Positions 40,554 through 48,035 of a stretch of 48,035 nucleotides of DNA are shown here, in pieces. This stretch comes from a virus: positions 1-48,035 of IMG/VR virus record IMGVR_UViG_3300045988_174984; one strand, given 5' to 3'. Numbering within the stretch: the first letter of the stretch is position 1; each line of letters opens with the position of its first letter. The translations under genes were made by a program, and so were the position numbers. Below the pieces are notes generated by a model. That model was not told where the DNA came from. It did not search any database and saw only the letters and a program-made list of their open reading frames with translations.

Positions 40554-43180
40554 GAGTCCTCCCGTTCAAGTGCAGTAGTGGGGTCCATATCGCTTGTGCG
40601 TCGCCAAGATTGCCGACGCCCTGATTCAACATCGTCGGGCACGAGATCCGCCATCTCGTCGGCGAAAGTAAGCGAAAGCGCATCGGCGTGGTCAGGTGAA
40701 CATCCGATCCGGTCCTTCAGATCCTTCTTGCGCTCAAGCACCATCTGCTGGCGATCGTTGTACGAAAACTCCGGAGAGATAAGCTCCATCTGCAAATCGT
40801 CGTTCTTCGGCAGACAGCCGTCGCTAGTGATGAGCCACTCTTTCATGCGCCCCCACATCTCAATGCGCTTGTTCGCGTAGACATTCGACTTCTGAGCTTT
40901 GGTGCCGAAGTCCACGGGGTAGTACCGGACACGAGGGTCGTTGTACTCATACCGCAGCCAGTCCCACACAGACGCGCCGACACCCGCTCGGTCGAAGTAG
41001 ACGCGGACTTCACGGAACTTCAAAGTGTCAAGCAGATAGCCGCAGTGGGCGGCCAGTGCCTGCCCGACCATCGGGCCGTCAAGCTTGCGGACTTCTTTAA
41101 ACGGAATACTGGCTGCATCGCGGCCGATGCGGGTTGCAATCACCGAGGCGTCGTCGCCGAAGCGGGCGATGTCTAAGCCCACAATGGCGCGCTTAAACGA
41201 GTTGCCGCCGACCCCCGGCGCTTCGCGGCTCATCGCAGCTTCAACGGCAGAAGTGGGGATGAACTGCACTGACGCGTTGTCAGGGAACTCTCCTCGAACA
41301 CGGACTTTGAAGAAGTCTGAATCCTCGCCATAGACCTCGGCCCACTCGGCAATCTGCTTTTTGTTCGTCAGCTGAGCGCTGCGGCTGTCCACTTTGAACG
41401 TGTCCCAACGCGCTGCATCACGGTGGAAGCAGTTGTAGAAGCCGCCCGAAGCGCGCGTCGGGTTACCAAACACAAAAATCATCGGTTCGCCGTCGGTTAA
41501 GCCGCCTTCTGCCACCTCCCAGATTTTGTCTGGGATGCCGGACGCCTCGTCGAAGATATAGAAAGACGTAGAACTTGCCGCGTGCTGGCCCGCGAAAGAT
41601 TCTGAGTTTTCCTCTTTCGAGGTCTGCGCCGTGCACGCCCAGCCTTCACGAGATTCCTTGGCGTACATCCGCATCGACCCGCGGCCTTGCGTGATCTCAA
41701 ACCAATGCCCCGTCAGGCAGTCCTTCTGCATCGACGCAACCTGCGCCCACGTCTTCGCCTCAAGCTGCGGCATGGTGGTCGCCGTAATCGTCCCCTTACA
41801 GTTGGGACGAGTCGTCATAATCCACCACGTGAGCGCGCCGACAAAAAATGAATTGTGGGTGACGATGAAGTCGTCCATCAGATACAGCCCGTCCGGGCTG
41901 TCCACCGAGACACACCGGATAACTTGGTCGGCGCATGGCTCAATCTTGTCGATCCATCGCGTTAAGTAGCGGTCTTCAATCGCTGGTCGGATACGCGACA
42001 CCTTGTGTGTGGCATAGCCCAGTCGAGCATCTCGCGGCATTGTGATCGTTAACCGAACGCAGTCCCTGCAAGTTATGCGCTCGCCATCGGTGTTTTTATA
42101 GAACGCCTTCTTGACCGCTGGCTGTCGCTGCGCCTTACCGCCCAGTGACCGCACCAACCAAGCGACTTGCTCTGCAAGAACAAAGCTCGTCGTCGAGTAC
42201 GTCAGCGTGCCTTGCTTACCCACATCCGCATCAGAATCCACAAGCCCGCGAAGGAGCTCGAGCCGCTGCTCAACCGATGCGTACAAAAAGCACTCCGGAA
42301 TTTCCCGTTCGTAGCTGCCCGCGTTGAAGTATTGGCGATAGTCCCTTAACCCTAAAAGGCGGACAAGATAGCATTCGCCTTTACTTGACTTATGAACGCT
42401 AAGCTCTAGGCCTTTTTCCCGCAGATGTGCGATCGCCTCCAGCTCGTCCGTAGTAATCAGCGGCTGCCACGCCACGCCGTCCCCAAGCCACAGCCCGTAG
42501 AAATAGGGATCTATCGGCAAATCCGCCTCGGGCCACTCCGCCGGTTGCTGCCTCGGAATCTCCCACTGACGCGCAAACGCTTTCCCGTTTGGCCGCTTGA
42601 CCCCTAGTTTTAGAATCTCCTGCGTCTCCAAAGTGCGCCATGTGCCAAGGTTGTGCCGCCGTTCCTGTCTGCCGCGAACATTCCATAAGTGCTCCTGACT
42701 GACAACGGCAAAAGACCCGTCGTCAAACTCGACGCGGTAGCACGGACGTACGCCGCAGTACGGAAAGCCGGTGATGCGCACAGCTTTTCCATCCGCGCCA
42801 AATAGATAGTCACCAACGGCCAAATCGCCCCAGCGCATTCTCCCTTGCGGTGTGTCGACCCAGGCGTCAAGAGGCGCTCCCTTGCCCGGCCCGTGCCCTG
42901 ACGCTACCGCTACGCGAATCGGATCCACAGCATTGACCATATCAAAGTCGTGTTCAGCAACACGTAAAGCAATCCTGTCGCACACTTCACAAGCCCAGGC
43001 ATCCAACCCGTACTCACAGTTCGGATACCTTGACCGCCACGGCTCTTGAAGCCGCACAAGCGAATACTTTGGATCCGTGCCAAAAGGAAAGAGCTCCAAG
43101 ATGGCCCGAAGCGGATCCTTGCGCCACATGCCCGATGCACGCTCAATCAGCCAATCCTCTGTCTTACCCGCGTTTTTCAT
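40547..43180 (-). CDS. terL: Terminase large subunit interrupted by an intein in the Walker A P-loop
   Basis: SGHGPGK...[343-aa insert]...SFFVGALTWW restores GHGPGKS. The nuclease half lies downstream. Confidence 0.85.
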   Translation of the reverse strand: MKNAGKTEDWLIERASGMWRKDPLRAILELFPFGTDPKYSLVRLQEPWRSRYPNCEYGLDAWACEVCDRIALRVAEHDFDMVNAVDPIRVAVASGHGPGKGAPLDAWVDTPQGRMRWGDLAVGDYLFGADGKAVRITGFPYCGVRPCYRVEFDDGSFAVVSQEHLWNVRGRQERRHNLGTWRTLETQEILKLGVKRPNGKAFARQWEIPRQQPAEWPEADLPIDPYFYGLWLGDGVAWQPLITTDELEAIAHLREKGLELSVHKSSKGECYLVRLLGLRDYRQYFNAGSYEREIPECFLYASVEQRLELLRGLVDSDADVGKQGTLTYSTTSFVLAEQVAWLVRSLGGKAQRQPAVKKAFYKNTDGERITCRDCVRLTITMPRDARLGYATHKVSRIRPAIEDRYLTRWIDKIEPCADQVIRCVSVDSPDGLYLMDDFIVTHNSFFVGALTWWIMTTRPNCKGTITATTMPQLEAKTWAQVASMQKDCLTGHWFEITQGRGSMRMYAKESREGWACTAQTSKEENSESFAGQHAASSTSFYIFDEASGIPDKIWEVAEGGLTDGEPMIFVFGNPTRASGGFYNCFHRDAARWDTFKVDSRSAQLTNKKQIAEWAEVYGEDSDFFKVRVRGEFPDNASVQFIPTSAVEAAMSREAPGVGGNSFKRAIVGLDIARFGDDASVIATRIGRDAASIPFKEVRKLDGPMVGQALAAHCGYLLDTLKFREVRVYFDRAGVGASVWDWLRYEYNDPRVRYYPVDFGTKAQKSNVYANKRIEMWGRMKEWLITSDGCLPKNDDLQMELISPEFSYNDRQQMVLERKKDLKDRIGCSPDHADALSLTFADEMADLVPDDVESGRRQSWRRTSDMDPTTALEREDSW
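41852..42880 (-). mobile_element. Intein (343 aa) with a double-LAGLIDADG homing-endonuclease domain; non-Cys/Ser N-terminus
   Basis: Starts GAPLDAWVDTPQG (block A-like, Gly1/Ala2). Block B is SQEHLW. LAGLIDADG motifs are YGLWLGDGV and LRGLVDSDA. Block F is IRCVSVD and the intein ends FIVTHN followed by Ser+1. Confidence 0.75.
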
Positions 43181-43181
43181 C

Positions 43182-45701
43182 TCACTCCTCTACCTTCAGC
43201 ATTCGGTCAACCGCACAAAGGTGCCTGTGCTTCTGCACCCTGATGCCTAGACTCTTCGACAACTGCAGTGAAAACCGCCGCTGCGTGTAGTACGCATTGG
43301 GACAGTTATTCCGGCGCACATATGAAAGCCAGCTGTCATACAGCACCTTGGCATCACGCAGCGGCGCATTTTCTTCAGTCGCCTCGTCGCAGGCAACCGT
43401 GCATTCTTCGTACCAAGCACGAAGAAAATCCATGTCCGAGCGATAGCGGTTCACCGCTCGCTGCACCCTCGGCGTTGCCGTGAGCCCCTCCTTTAAGTAC
43501 AGACGAACCCCCTCAAGCGCCCAGTTGAGAATGCCCGGAAGCTCGGTACGAAGCTTGCTGTACAGCCCCGTATCCGCCCGCTTTGCGAGCCCCTTCGCTA
43601 CGCGCTCTGGGTCTTTTGAGTAGCGCTCGCGAAACTCAACAATGCGCAAACGACGAAACATGCCCTCGCTCAAGTCGACGGTTTGCGGCATGTAGTTGGT
43701 GACGATAAAAATGTTCCATGTCGTGTCGAATGTCACATAGTCCGAATACAGCCCGCGCACTGTCAGCGTAGCGTCGCCAGTAAGCGCCTTAAGCTCTCCG
43801 GCTTTAAGTACGTCACCCTCCTCCGTCTCCGAACAAACCACAAAACGAGAACCCTTTAGCCGCGCTAGTTCCGGCCTCGCACCACCCGCAGCAGCACCGC
43901 TCGTCCGCGAGAAACCCAGAAGCGCCGCTTTATCGATCTGGCGGTAATACGGCCCAAAAAGTTTCTGCAGAATGTCCGTAAAAAGTGACTTGCCGTTAGA
44001 GCCTTCGCCCACAAGAAAATGAACAACCTGTTGGTCCGGCTGCCCCAAAAGCGCGTAACCGACAAGCTTCTGCAGGTACCGCATATCCGCTTCATCCCCC
44101 GACATCCACTCGCGCACGGACGCCTTCCACAAGGGACAGTCCGCGTCTTTGATATAGGCAACTGGGGCGCTTTTGCTCAGAAGCTCCTCAGGCCGCGGCG
44201 GGCAGAACTCGCCGGTCTTGAGGTCAACCGACCCATTTGCTACCGGCAGACGAAAAGGGATGCAATCAAAGTCCGTGCTGAGCTTGCGGATAAGCAAGTT
44301 CTTTTCCAAGTAATCCTTGACCGTATTCGGCACCCAGCCTGGCCGATTTGTAAGATTTGCCAAAAGCTTCACCCATGGGTCTTTCGCATACGCTTTGGCC
44401 TCCTTCTCATCCTGCGGCGGCGGAGGAAGGTGCGACTCAACATGGCGGATCCACTCAGCTCGCGCAAACGCCACTATATTCGTGCGCGGTGCCTCGCCGG
44501 TAAACTCATCCCCCAGAAGCGGCCCTTCGTCATCCGGTACATACCGCACGCCATTGAAGCTGACGAACCGCTTCGTGTCCGCTTGATACGCAATCCTGTC
44601 GCCGAAGTTCACAATGAAATGCGCCGTCAGCCCGTCTGCCGACGGACGTTCAGCGCGTGCCGCAAGACCGCCGCTCCTTCGTGCACGAGACTGTACCGCG
44701 CGTATCGTGATACATCCGGCGTCGTTGCGCTTGAGCGAATTCCAAGTGCGCGTCACATCCTCCGGCCCTTTATACGTGCCGGGGGCAACCTCCTCCGCCC
44801 ACTGGGACAGCTCTATTGCGAGCGCCAGCCCCTCATCCTCACGGTTTTGAAACTCGTGTTTGACAGCCATCAGCGCCTCAAGCCACTCGTCACGACTGAC
44901 CATTGTGTAGCCCGCCTCGCGGAACAGCTCCCGAACCTCATCCGCCGACATACCCAACGGGGGTAAAGCCGGCGTCAATGCCAGTACTTGCGGATCCGTC
45001 TCCCGCGGCTTTGCGCTGCGTTCAGACTCAAGTATGCGCAGACCGAACGCTTTGCACTTTTCGTCCGTCATCGCGCGCAGCCGGTCAAGCTCCTCAACCG
45101 TAATAAGCGGCCACGAGGCTGCGTCGGTATCAAGCGGAGACGTACGCGGATCGAAAAGATCCTGCGGCACCCACGAGTAAGGCTGCCCCGTACCCGGATG
45201 CTCGGCGAATGCGACAAACTGCTGACCGTCGGCCAGAATCTCAAAACGAAACTTCGCGCAGTCTTTGCTCGGCGTGCCTGCGGGGCTGTTCGTCCACATG
45301 CATGACGTCATTTTCTTCAGCGGTTCGGCAGTCCTCGCAACAAGCAAAAACTTCGGCGCCTTGCCAATACGTTTAGGCAGGGGCGTAATCTGCGGCGCGA
45401 TGCGGCAGGCCTCAGCATAAATTTCATCGGCGAGCTTCTCGTCGGGGATATCGAAATCGAGCCCGACGATGTTTTCGCTTTTCGGTCCCGTCACGATGCC
45501 CACGCCCCACGCACCGTTGTACGCAGGCAGATTAATGTCGTCCGCTGTAAGTTCATGAACCTGCCAGCCTTTGCGCTGACTGCTCTTTCCGCCGGGGACA
45601 ATCTCCACAAGACGGTAGCCGCGCCGCTGCAGCTGACGCCAGTAGCGCCTTGCATAATTAATCGCGGCCATGTGCCCCCTCCGAGACCTTGTTAAGCGCA
45701 T
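43182..45701 (-). CDS. Bifunctional primase-polymerase / SF3 (D5/P4-type) helicase
   Basis: N-terminal prim-pol-like region and a C-terminal GEGSNGKS Walker A with a D5-type NTPase pattern. An alternative start is the ATG at 45671 (MAAINYARRY). Confidence 0.8.
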   Translation of the reverse strand: MRLTRSRRGHMAAINYARRYWRQLQRRGYRLVEIVPGGKSSQRKGWQVHELTADDINLPAYNGAWGVGIVTGPKSENIVGLDFDIPDEKLADEIYAEACRIAPQITPLPKRIGKAPKFLLVARTAEPLKKMTSCMWTNSPAGTPSKDCAKFRFEILADGQQFVAFAEHPGTGQPYSWVPQDLFDPRTSPLDTDAASWPLITVEELDRLRAMTDEKCKAFGLRILESERSAKPRETDPQVLALTPALPPLGMSADEVRELFREAGYTMVSRDEWLEALMAVKHEFQNREDEGLALAIELSQWAEEVAPGTYKGPEDVTRTWNSLKRNDAGCITIRAVQSRARRSGGLAARAERPSADGLTAHFIVNFGDRIAYQADTKRFVSFNGVRYVPDDEGPLLGDEFTGEAPRTNIVAFARAEWIRHVESHLPPPPQDEKEAKAYAKDPWVKLLANLTNRPGWVPNTVKDYLEKNLLIRKLSTDFDCIPFRLPVANGSVDLKTGEFCPPRPEELLSKSAPVAYIKDADCPLWKASVREWMSGDEADMRYLQKLVGYALLGQPDQQVVHFLVGEGSNGKSLFTDILQKLFGPYYRQIDKAALLGFSRTSGAAAGGARPELARLKGSRFVVCSETEEGDVLKAGELKALTGDATLTVRGLYSDYVTFDTTWNIFIVTNYMPQTVDLSEGMFRRLRIVEFRERYSKDPERVAKGLAKRADTGLYSKLRTELPGILNWALEGVRLYLKEGLTATPRVQRAVNRYRSDMDFLRAWYEECTVACDEATEENAPLRDAKVLYDSWLSYVRRNNCPNAYYTQRRFSLQLSKSLGIRVQKHRHLCAVDRMLKVEE

Positions 45702-45927
45702 GTTCCTCTCGGAAGGCGCTGTCGGCGGCTTCCGCGGCCCTGTACGTCTCGAATGCCTGAAAGATCTTTTCCGTCGTGGCTGAGGTCAGTTTCCCCGTGC
45801 CTTCTCGGCGGCGGCGCTGAAAGTTGTAATAGGTGTGCCGGTCAATGCCGACCAACCGGCATGTTTCTTTAACGGAGCCCGTCCGCTTTACGAGGTAGTC
45901 CAACGCGGTGTCTGCGAACACTTGCAT
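45658..45927 (-). CDS. Cro-like / early HTH regulator, divergent from the repressor
   Basis: 89 aa. ETCRLVGIDRHTYYNF is an HTH-like segment. Its position is divergent from the CI-like gene. Confidence 0.55.
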   Translation of the reverse strand: MQVFADTALDYLVKRTGSVKETCRLVGIDRHTYYNFQRRRREGTGKLTSATTEKIFQAFETYRAAEAADSAFREEHALNKVSEGAHGRD

Positions 45928-46017
45928 GTTTTGTGTGCCTATATAAGGTAAAATGTGTGTATGTAAAAGCGGCGTGTGTTATCACACTCGCGAACTATAG
46001 CACACATGGGTGCATAT
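45928..46017. promoter_or_regulatory. Divergent promoter/operator region of the immunity switch
   Basis: GTGTGCCTATA (45933..45943), palindrome GTGTG-TTAT-CACAC (45974..45987) and CTATAGCACAC (45995..46005). TATA-type -10 elements sit next to GTGTGC/GCACAC half-sites on both strands. Confidence 0.5.
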
Positions 46018-46722
46018 ATGAAACACACAAAACTCGGCAAGGAACTGCAGCGTTTGATGAAACTCCACGATTTCACCTACCGCAGGCTCCATGACGCAAC
46101 CGGTGTCAACGAATCACAGATCCGGTACATCATCCGTCTCGGCGGCACGCCCACGAATGCGACCGCTGAAAAACTCGATAAGGTCCTTCCCGGTTTCTTT
46201 GACTATTTGCAGAACGTGTGGCGCCCGATGCAGGAAGCCGCGGCAGAAAAAGACTGCGAAGACGATGCCTATGCCCGCACGCATGCGGGCGCTCCGCCTG
46301 CCAAGCGAGAACGGCTGATCCCTCTCATTGATTCGTGGGCCATCCACGATCTGCCCGCAGAAGGCTACGACACGGAGCCGTTCAACGACCAGATGGCCGA
46401 TTACTGCGTGAGCGAATGGGCTCTGCCGCCCGCCGGCATGCCGCTTGATGATGATGATTTCCTCTACTGCACGCACGTGGAAGACGGCGAAATGCGGCTT
46501 CTGCCAGTAGGAACACTTGTCTACGCCAAGCGCAACCAAGTGCCGGTGCCCGGCGATTACGTTGTCGCCCGCAATGCCGAAAGCATGGCAATCGTTATCC
46601 GGCAGTTCAAGCGCAAGAAGGACAAAGATACGTCGGTTATCGCCGCGGACAACGGAGAGTCCGTCGAAACCGGCGATCTCTACGGTGTCGTCGTTGCGTG
46701 GACCGTCGTCTTGCAGAGATAA
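46018..46722 (+). CDS. CI-like repressor (N-terminal XRE-type HTH, C-terminal S24/LexA-like fold lacking the canonical Ser)
   Basis: HTH is LHDATGVNESQIRYIIR. The C-terminal VEDGEMRLLPVG...GDYVVARN...IVIRQF aligns to the S24 GDSMxP...K pattern, but with E in place of the catalytic S. An alternative leaderless start is at 46006. Confidence 0.6.
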   Translation: MKHTKLGKELQRLMKLHDFTYRRLHDATGVNESQIRYIIRLGGTPTNATAEKLDKVLPGFFDYLQNVWRPMQEAAAEKDCEDDAYARTHAGAPPAKRERLIPLIDSWAIHDLPAEGYDTEPFNDQMADYCVSEWALPPAGMPLDDDDFLYCTHVEDGEMRLLPVGTLVYAKRNQVPVPGDYVVARNAESMAIVIRQFKRKKDKDTSVIAADNGESVETGDLYGVVVAWTVVLQR

Positions 46723-46728
46723 ACGAAA

Positions 46729-46757
46729 GCCCCGCCGGTGGTAAAACCGGCAGGGCC
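46729..46757. terminator. Bidirectional terminator hairpin between the convergent repressor and terS/tRNA-like units
   Basis: GCCCCGCCGGT, a 7-nt loop, ACCGGCAGGGC (one bulge). On the - strand it is followed by TTTCGTTTAT. Confidence 0.5.
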
Positions 46758-46809
46758 TTCGAGTGTCTCACTGAGGAAAAACAGTTCGACGCAACCAATT
46801 CTATACGAT

Positions 46810-46923
46810 TGGCCACCTGACGGGAATTGAACCCGCTTCTCCTCCTGCCGCCCTTGTACCTCGGGGGCTGCCATGAATTTCACACAGCCATGGCGGGTGT
46901 CTTAACCAATAGACGATCGGTGG
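46810..46923 (-). ncRNA. Atypical 114-nt tRNA-like element (good D-arm and T-arm, CCA end, expanded non-canonical middle)
   Basis: On the - strand: D-arm GTCT-ATTGGTTA-AGAC (46899..46914), T-arm GCGGG-TTCAATT-CCCGT (46820..46836), then CAGGTGG+CCA. The acceptor pairs only 5/7. The middle has a 6-bp hairpin whose loop could present GTG, plus a second bulged hairpin. Confidence 0.3.
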
Positions 46924-46957
46924 TACCTGCGCGATTTAGCGTCCTGCGCAGCTGACG

Positions 46958-47824
46958 TCAGCTCTTGACTTCGATGTCCTCGATCGGCTCCGCAGACCGC
47001 GTGCGCTGACGCGCCGCAATAATGCGGGAGGCCAGACTCTCGTCCGTCTTCACCTCGAGCTTGTCGCCGTACTTCTCCGGCGCCCACTTCTTCGCAATGT
47101 CGAGCCTTGTCGCCACTGCGAGCTTGCGGGCGTAGATGGCGTCGGCACGCCGAACGTCCTTGCGCTTGAGCTGACCTTTCCCGTCGAAGCTGAGGAACAC
47201 CTCCTCCACAATCTTCGGGGTCTCGGAAATCTCGAGCGCCTCTTCGATCAGCGCGTCTGCCCCCAGCTTCTTCGCCGCCTCATAGTCCTCGGACCACTCC
47301 GGGTCACGACGAATCCATTCGTTCAGCGTCGAACGCGAAAGGCCTACGGCTTCGCCAAAAAGCTGCATCGTCCCGCCTGCCGCCACGAAGGCCTGCAGCG
47401 CCGCCCGAAGTTCGGGGGACTTGGCAGGCGCTCCGTCCGGTCTGCGCGGAAGCGCGTCCAAGACGGACGGCGGAACACACAGCTTTCTCGAAATCGCTTC
47501 AAGCGCGGCCAGGTTTCTGCGGATTCCGCGTTCACCCGGCTCCCGCTTGCGCGGTTTCCAACTGCGACGATCCCACTCCGAATTCGGCGTCGGATCCTTC
47601 GCCCATTTTGTTTTCGACTTTGTCGGCGGATACACATCCGGCCGAATTTTGACGATCCTCGCCGCTACCCCGTCGGGCAGCTTCTCAGGATCGTACTCCG
47701 CGCCAACTACACCGGCCAGACCTTGGGCGCCGGACGGGGCTCCGGCAAAAAGGCTTTCCTCATCAGGCTCAGCGTCTGTAGCGGCATATGCGGGCTTCGT
47801 GGCTGGCTTGCGAGTGCTTGACAT
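46958..47824 (-). CDS. terS: Terminase small subunit (tentative)
   Basis: 288 aa. The HTH-like segment LFGEAVGLSRSTLNEWIRRDPEW and C-terminal LDIAKKWAPEKYGDK are typical of TerS families. The N-terminal ~100 aa are low complexity. Confidence 0.6.
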   Translation of the reverse strand: MSSTRKPATKPAYAATDAEPDEESLFAGAPSGAQGLAGVVGAEYDPEKLPDGVAARIVKIRPDVYPPTKSKTKWAKDPTPNSEWDRRSWKPRKREPGERGIRRNLAALEAISRKLCVPPSVLDALPRRPDGAPAKSPELRAALQAFVAAGGTMQLFGEAVGLSRSTLNEWIRRDPEWSEDYEAAKKLGADALIEEALEISETPKIVEEVFLSFDGKGQLKRKDVRRADAIYARKLAVATRLDIAKKWAPEKYGDKLEVKTDESLASRIIAARQRTRSAEPIEDIEVKS

Positions 47825-47861
47825 GGTCGATGGTCGTGAGGACGGTTACGTGTTTGCTGCG

Positions 47862-47872
47862 AATATAGCACA
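47862..47872. promoter_or_regulatory. ATATAGCACAC element upstream of terS (same motif as in the immunity region)
   Basis: The core ATAGCACAC is identical to 45997..46005. On the - strand it reads GTGTGCTATAT, a -10-like TATAT next to the operator half-site. Confidence 0.4.
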
Positions 47873-47936
47873 CGAAGAGCACACAACGTCGGCGGTTGGG
47901 CGTGATGCATTCGAGAGGAATTAAAAATTTTCTAAA

Positions 47937-48035
47937 ATTTTTTTGAAAAATCAAATAGAGCGTGGAACATGTAATAGTTTGTAACTTCGTTCCCGTCGTT
48001 TAAAAAATTCCAAAATTTTTGCACCCCCTTCCCGG
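47937..48035. repeat. Copy of 1..99 (contig overlap or DTR)
   Basis: Identical over 99 nt to the window start. Confidence 0.9.

Noticed and set aside
46767-46783. Third copy of the TCACTGAGGAAAAA RBS-like motif found before genes 901 and 1759
   Set aside because: No start codon or ORF follows it. It lies between the terminator and the tRNA-like element. It is noted as an orphan copy with no function assigned.

Overview
This window looks like a complete ~47.9-kb genome of a GC-rich temperate phage with podovirus-type structural genes. Bases 1..99 are identical to 47937..48035, so the contig closes into a circle or carries a short direct terminal repeat. All calls come from reading the sequence and the ORF track. 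No database search was run, so family names are motif-level recognitions, not hits.

**Layout**
- **47825..900 (across the junction):** a ~1-kb non-coding hub with AT-tracts, palindromes and a likely early promoter.
- **901..15905 (+):** early, replication and lysis operon. It encodes acidic small proteins, a DUF2800-like nuclease, a DUF2815-like SSB, a family-A DNA polymerase, ThyX, DUF3310, VRR-NUC, an SNF2 helicase, an Xis-like HTH protein, holin, GH24 endolysin and nested spanins.
- **16092..17318 (-):** tyrosine integrase, followed by a probable attP arm-site region.
- **17675..18124 (+):** a secreted moron.
- **47824 down to 18129 (-):** the late and structural genes. In order: TerS, a tRNA-like element, the CI/Cro-like immunity switch, primase-helicase, TerL, portal, scaffold, major capsid, tail tubular A/B-like proteins, three internal proteins (one of 2037 aa with an HExxH motif), the tail fibre and a tail-fibre tip locus.

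**Most notable observations**
1. **Tail-fibre tip locus (18129..20307).** It holds four paralogous ~105-125-aa tip genes. One is intact. The other three each have a G10-G11 homopolymer just after the start codon, and each is exactly one G short of being in frame. This is a candidate phase-variable host-range switch.
2. **Two inteins in essential genes.** The polymerase intein carries its homing-endonuclease-like ORF in a different reading frame from the still-open intein frame. TerL has a P-loop intein with a LAGLIDADG domain and a non-canonical N-terminus.
3. **A 13-14-nt motif, AGGGAGGCGCGGC(A).** It recurs seven times on one strand, in two reading frames, across three genes.
4. **A 24-bp perfect inverted repeat.** It brackets a 778-bp one-gene cassette that has a 76-nt CCA-ended structured leader.
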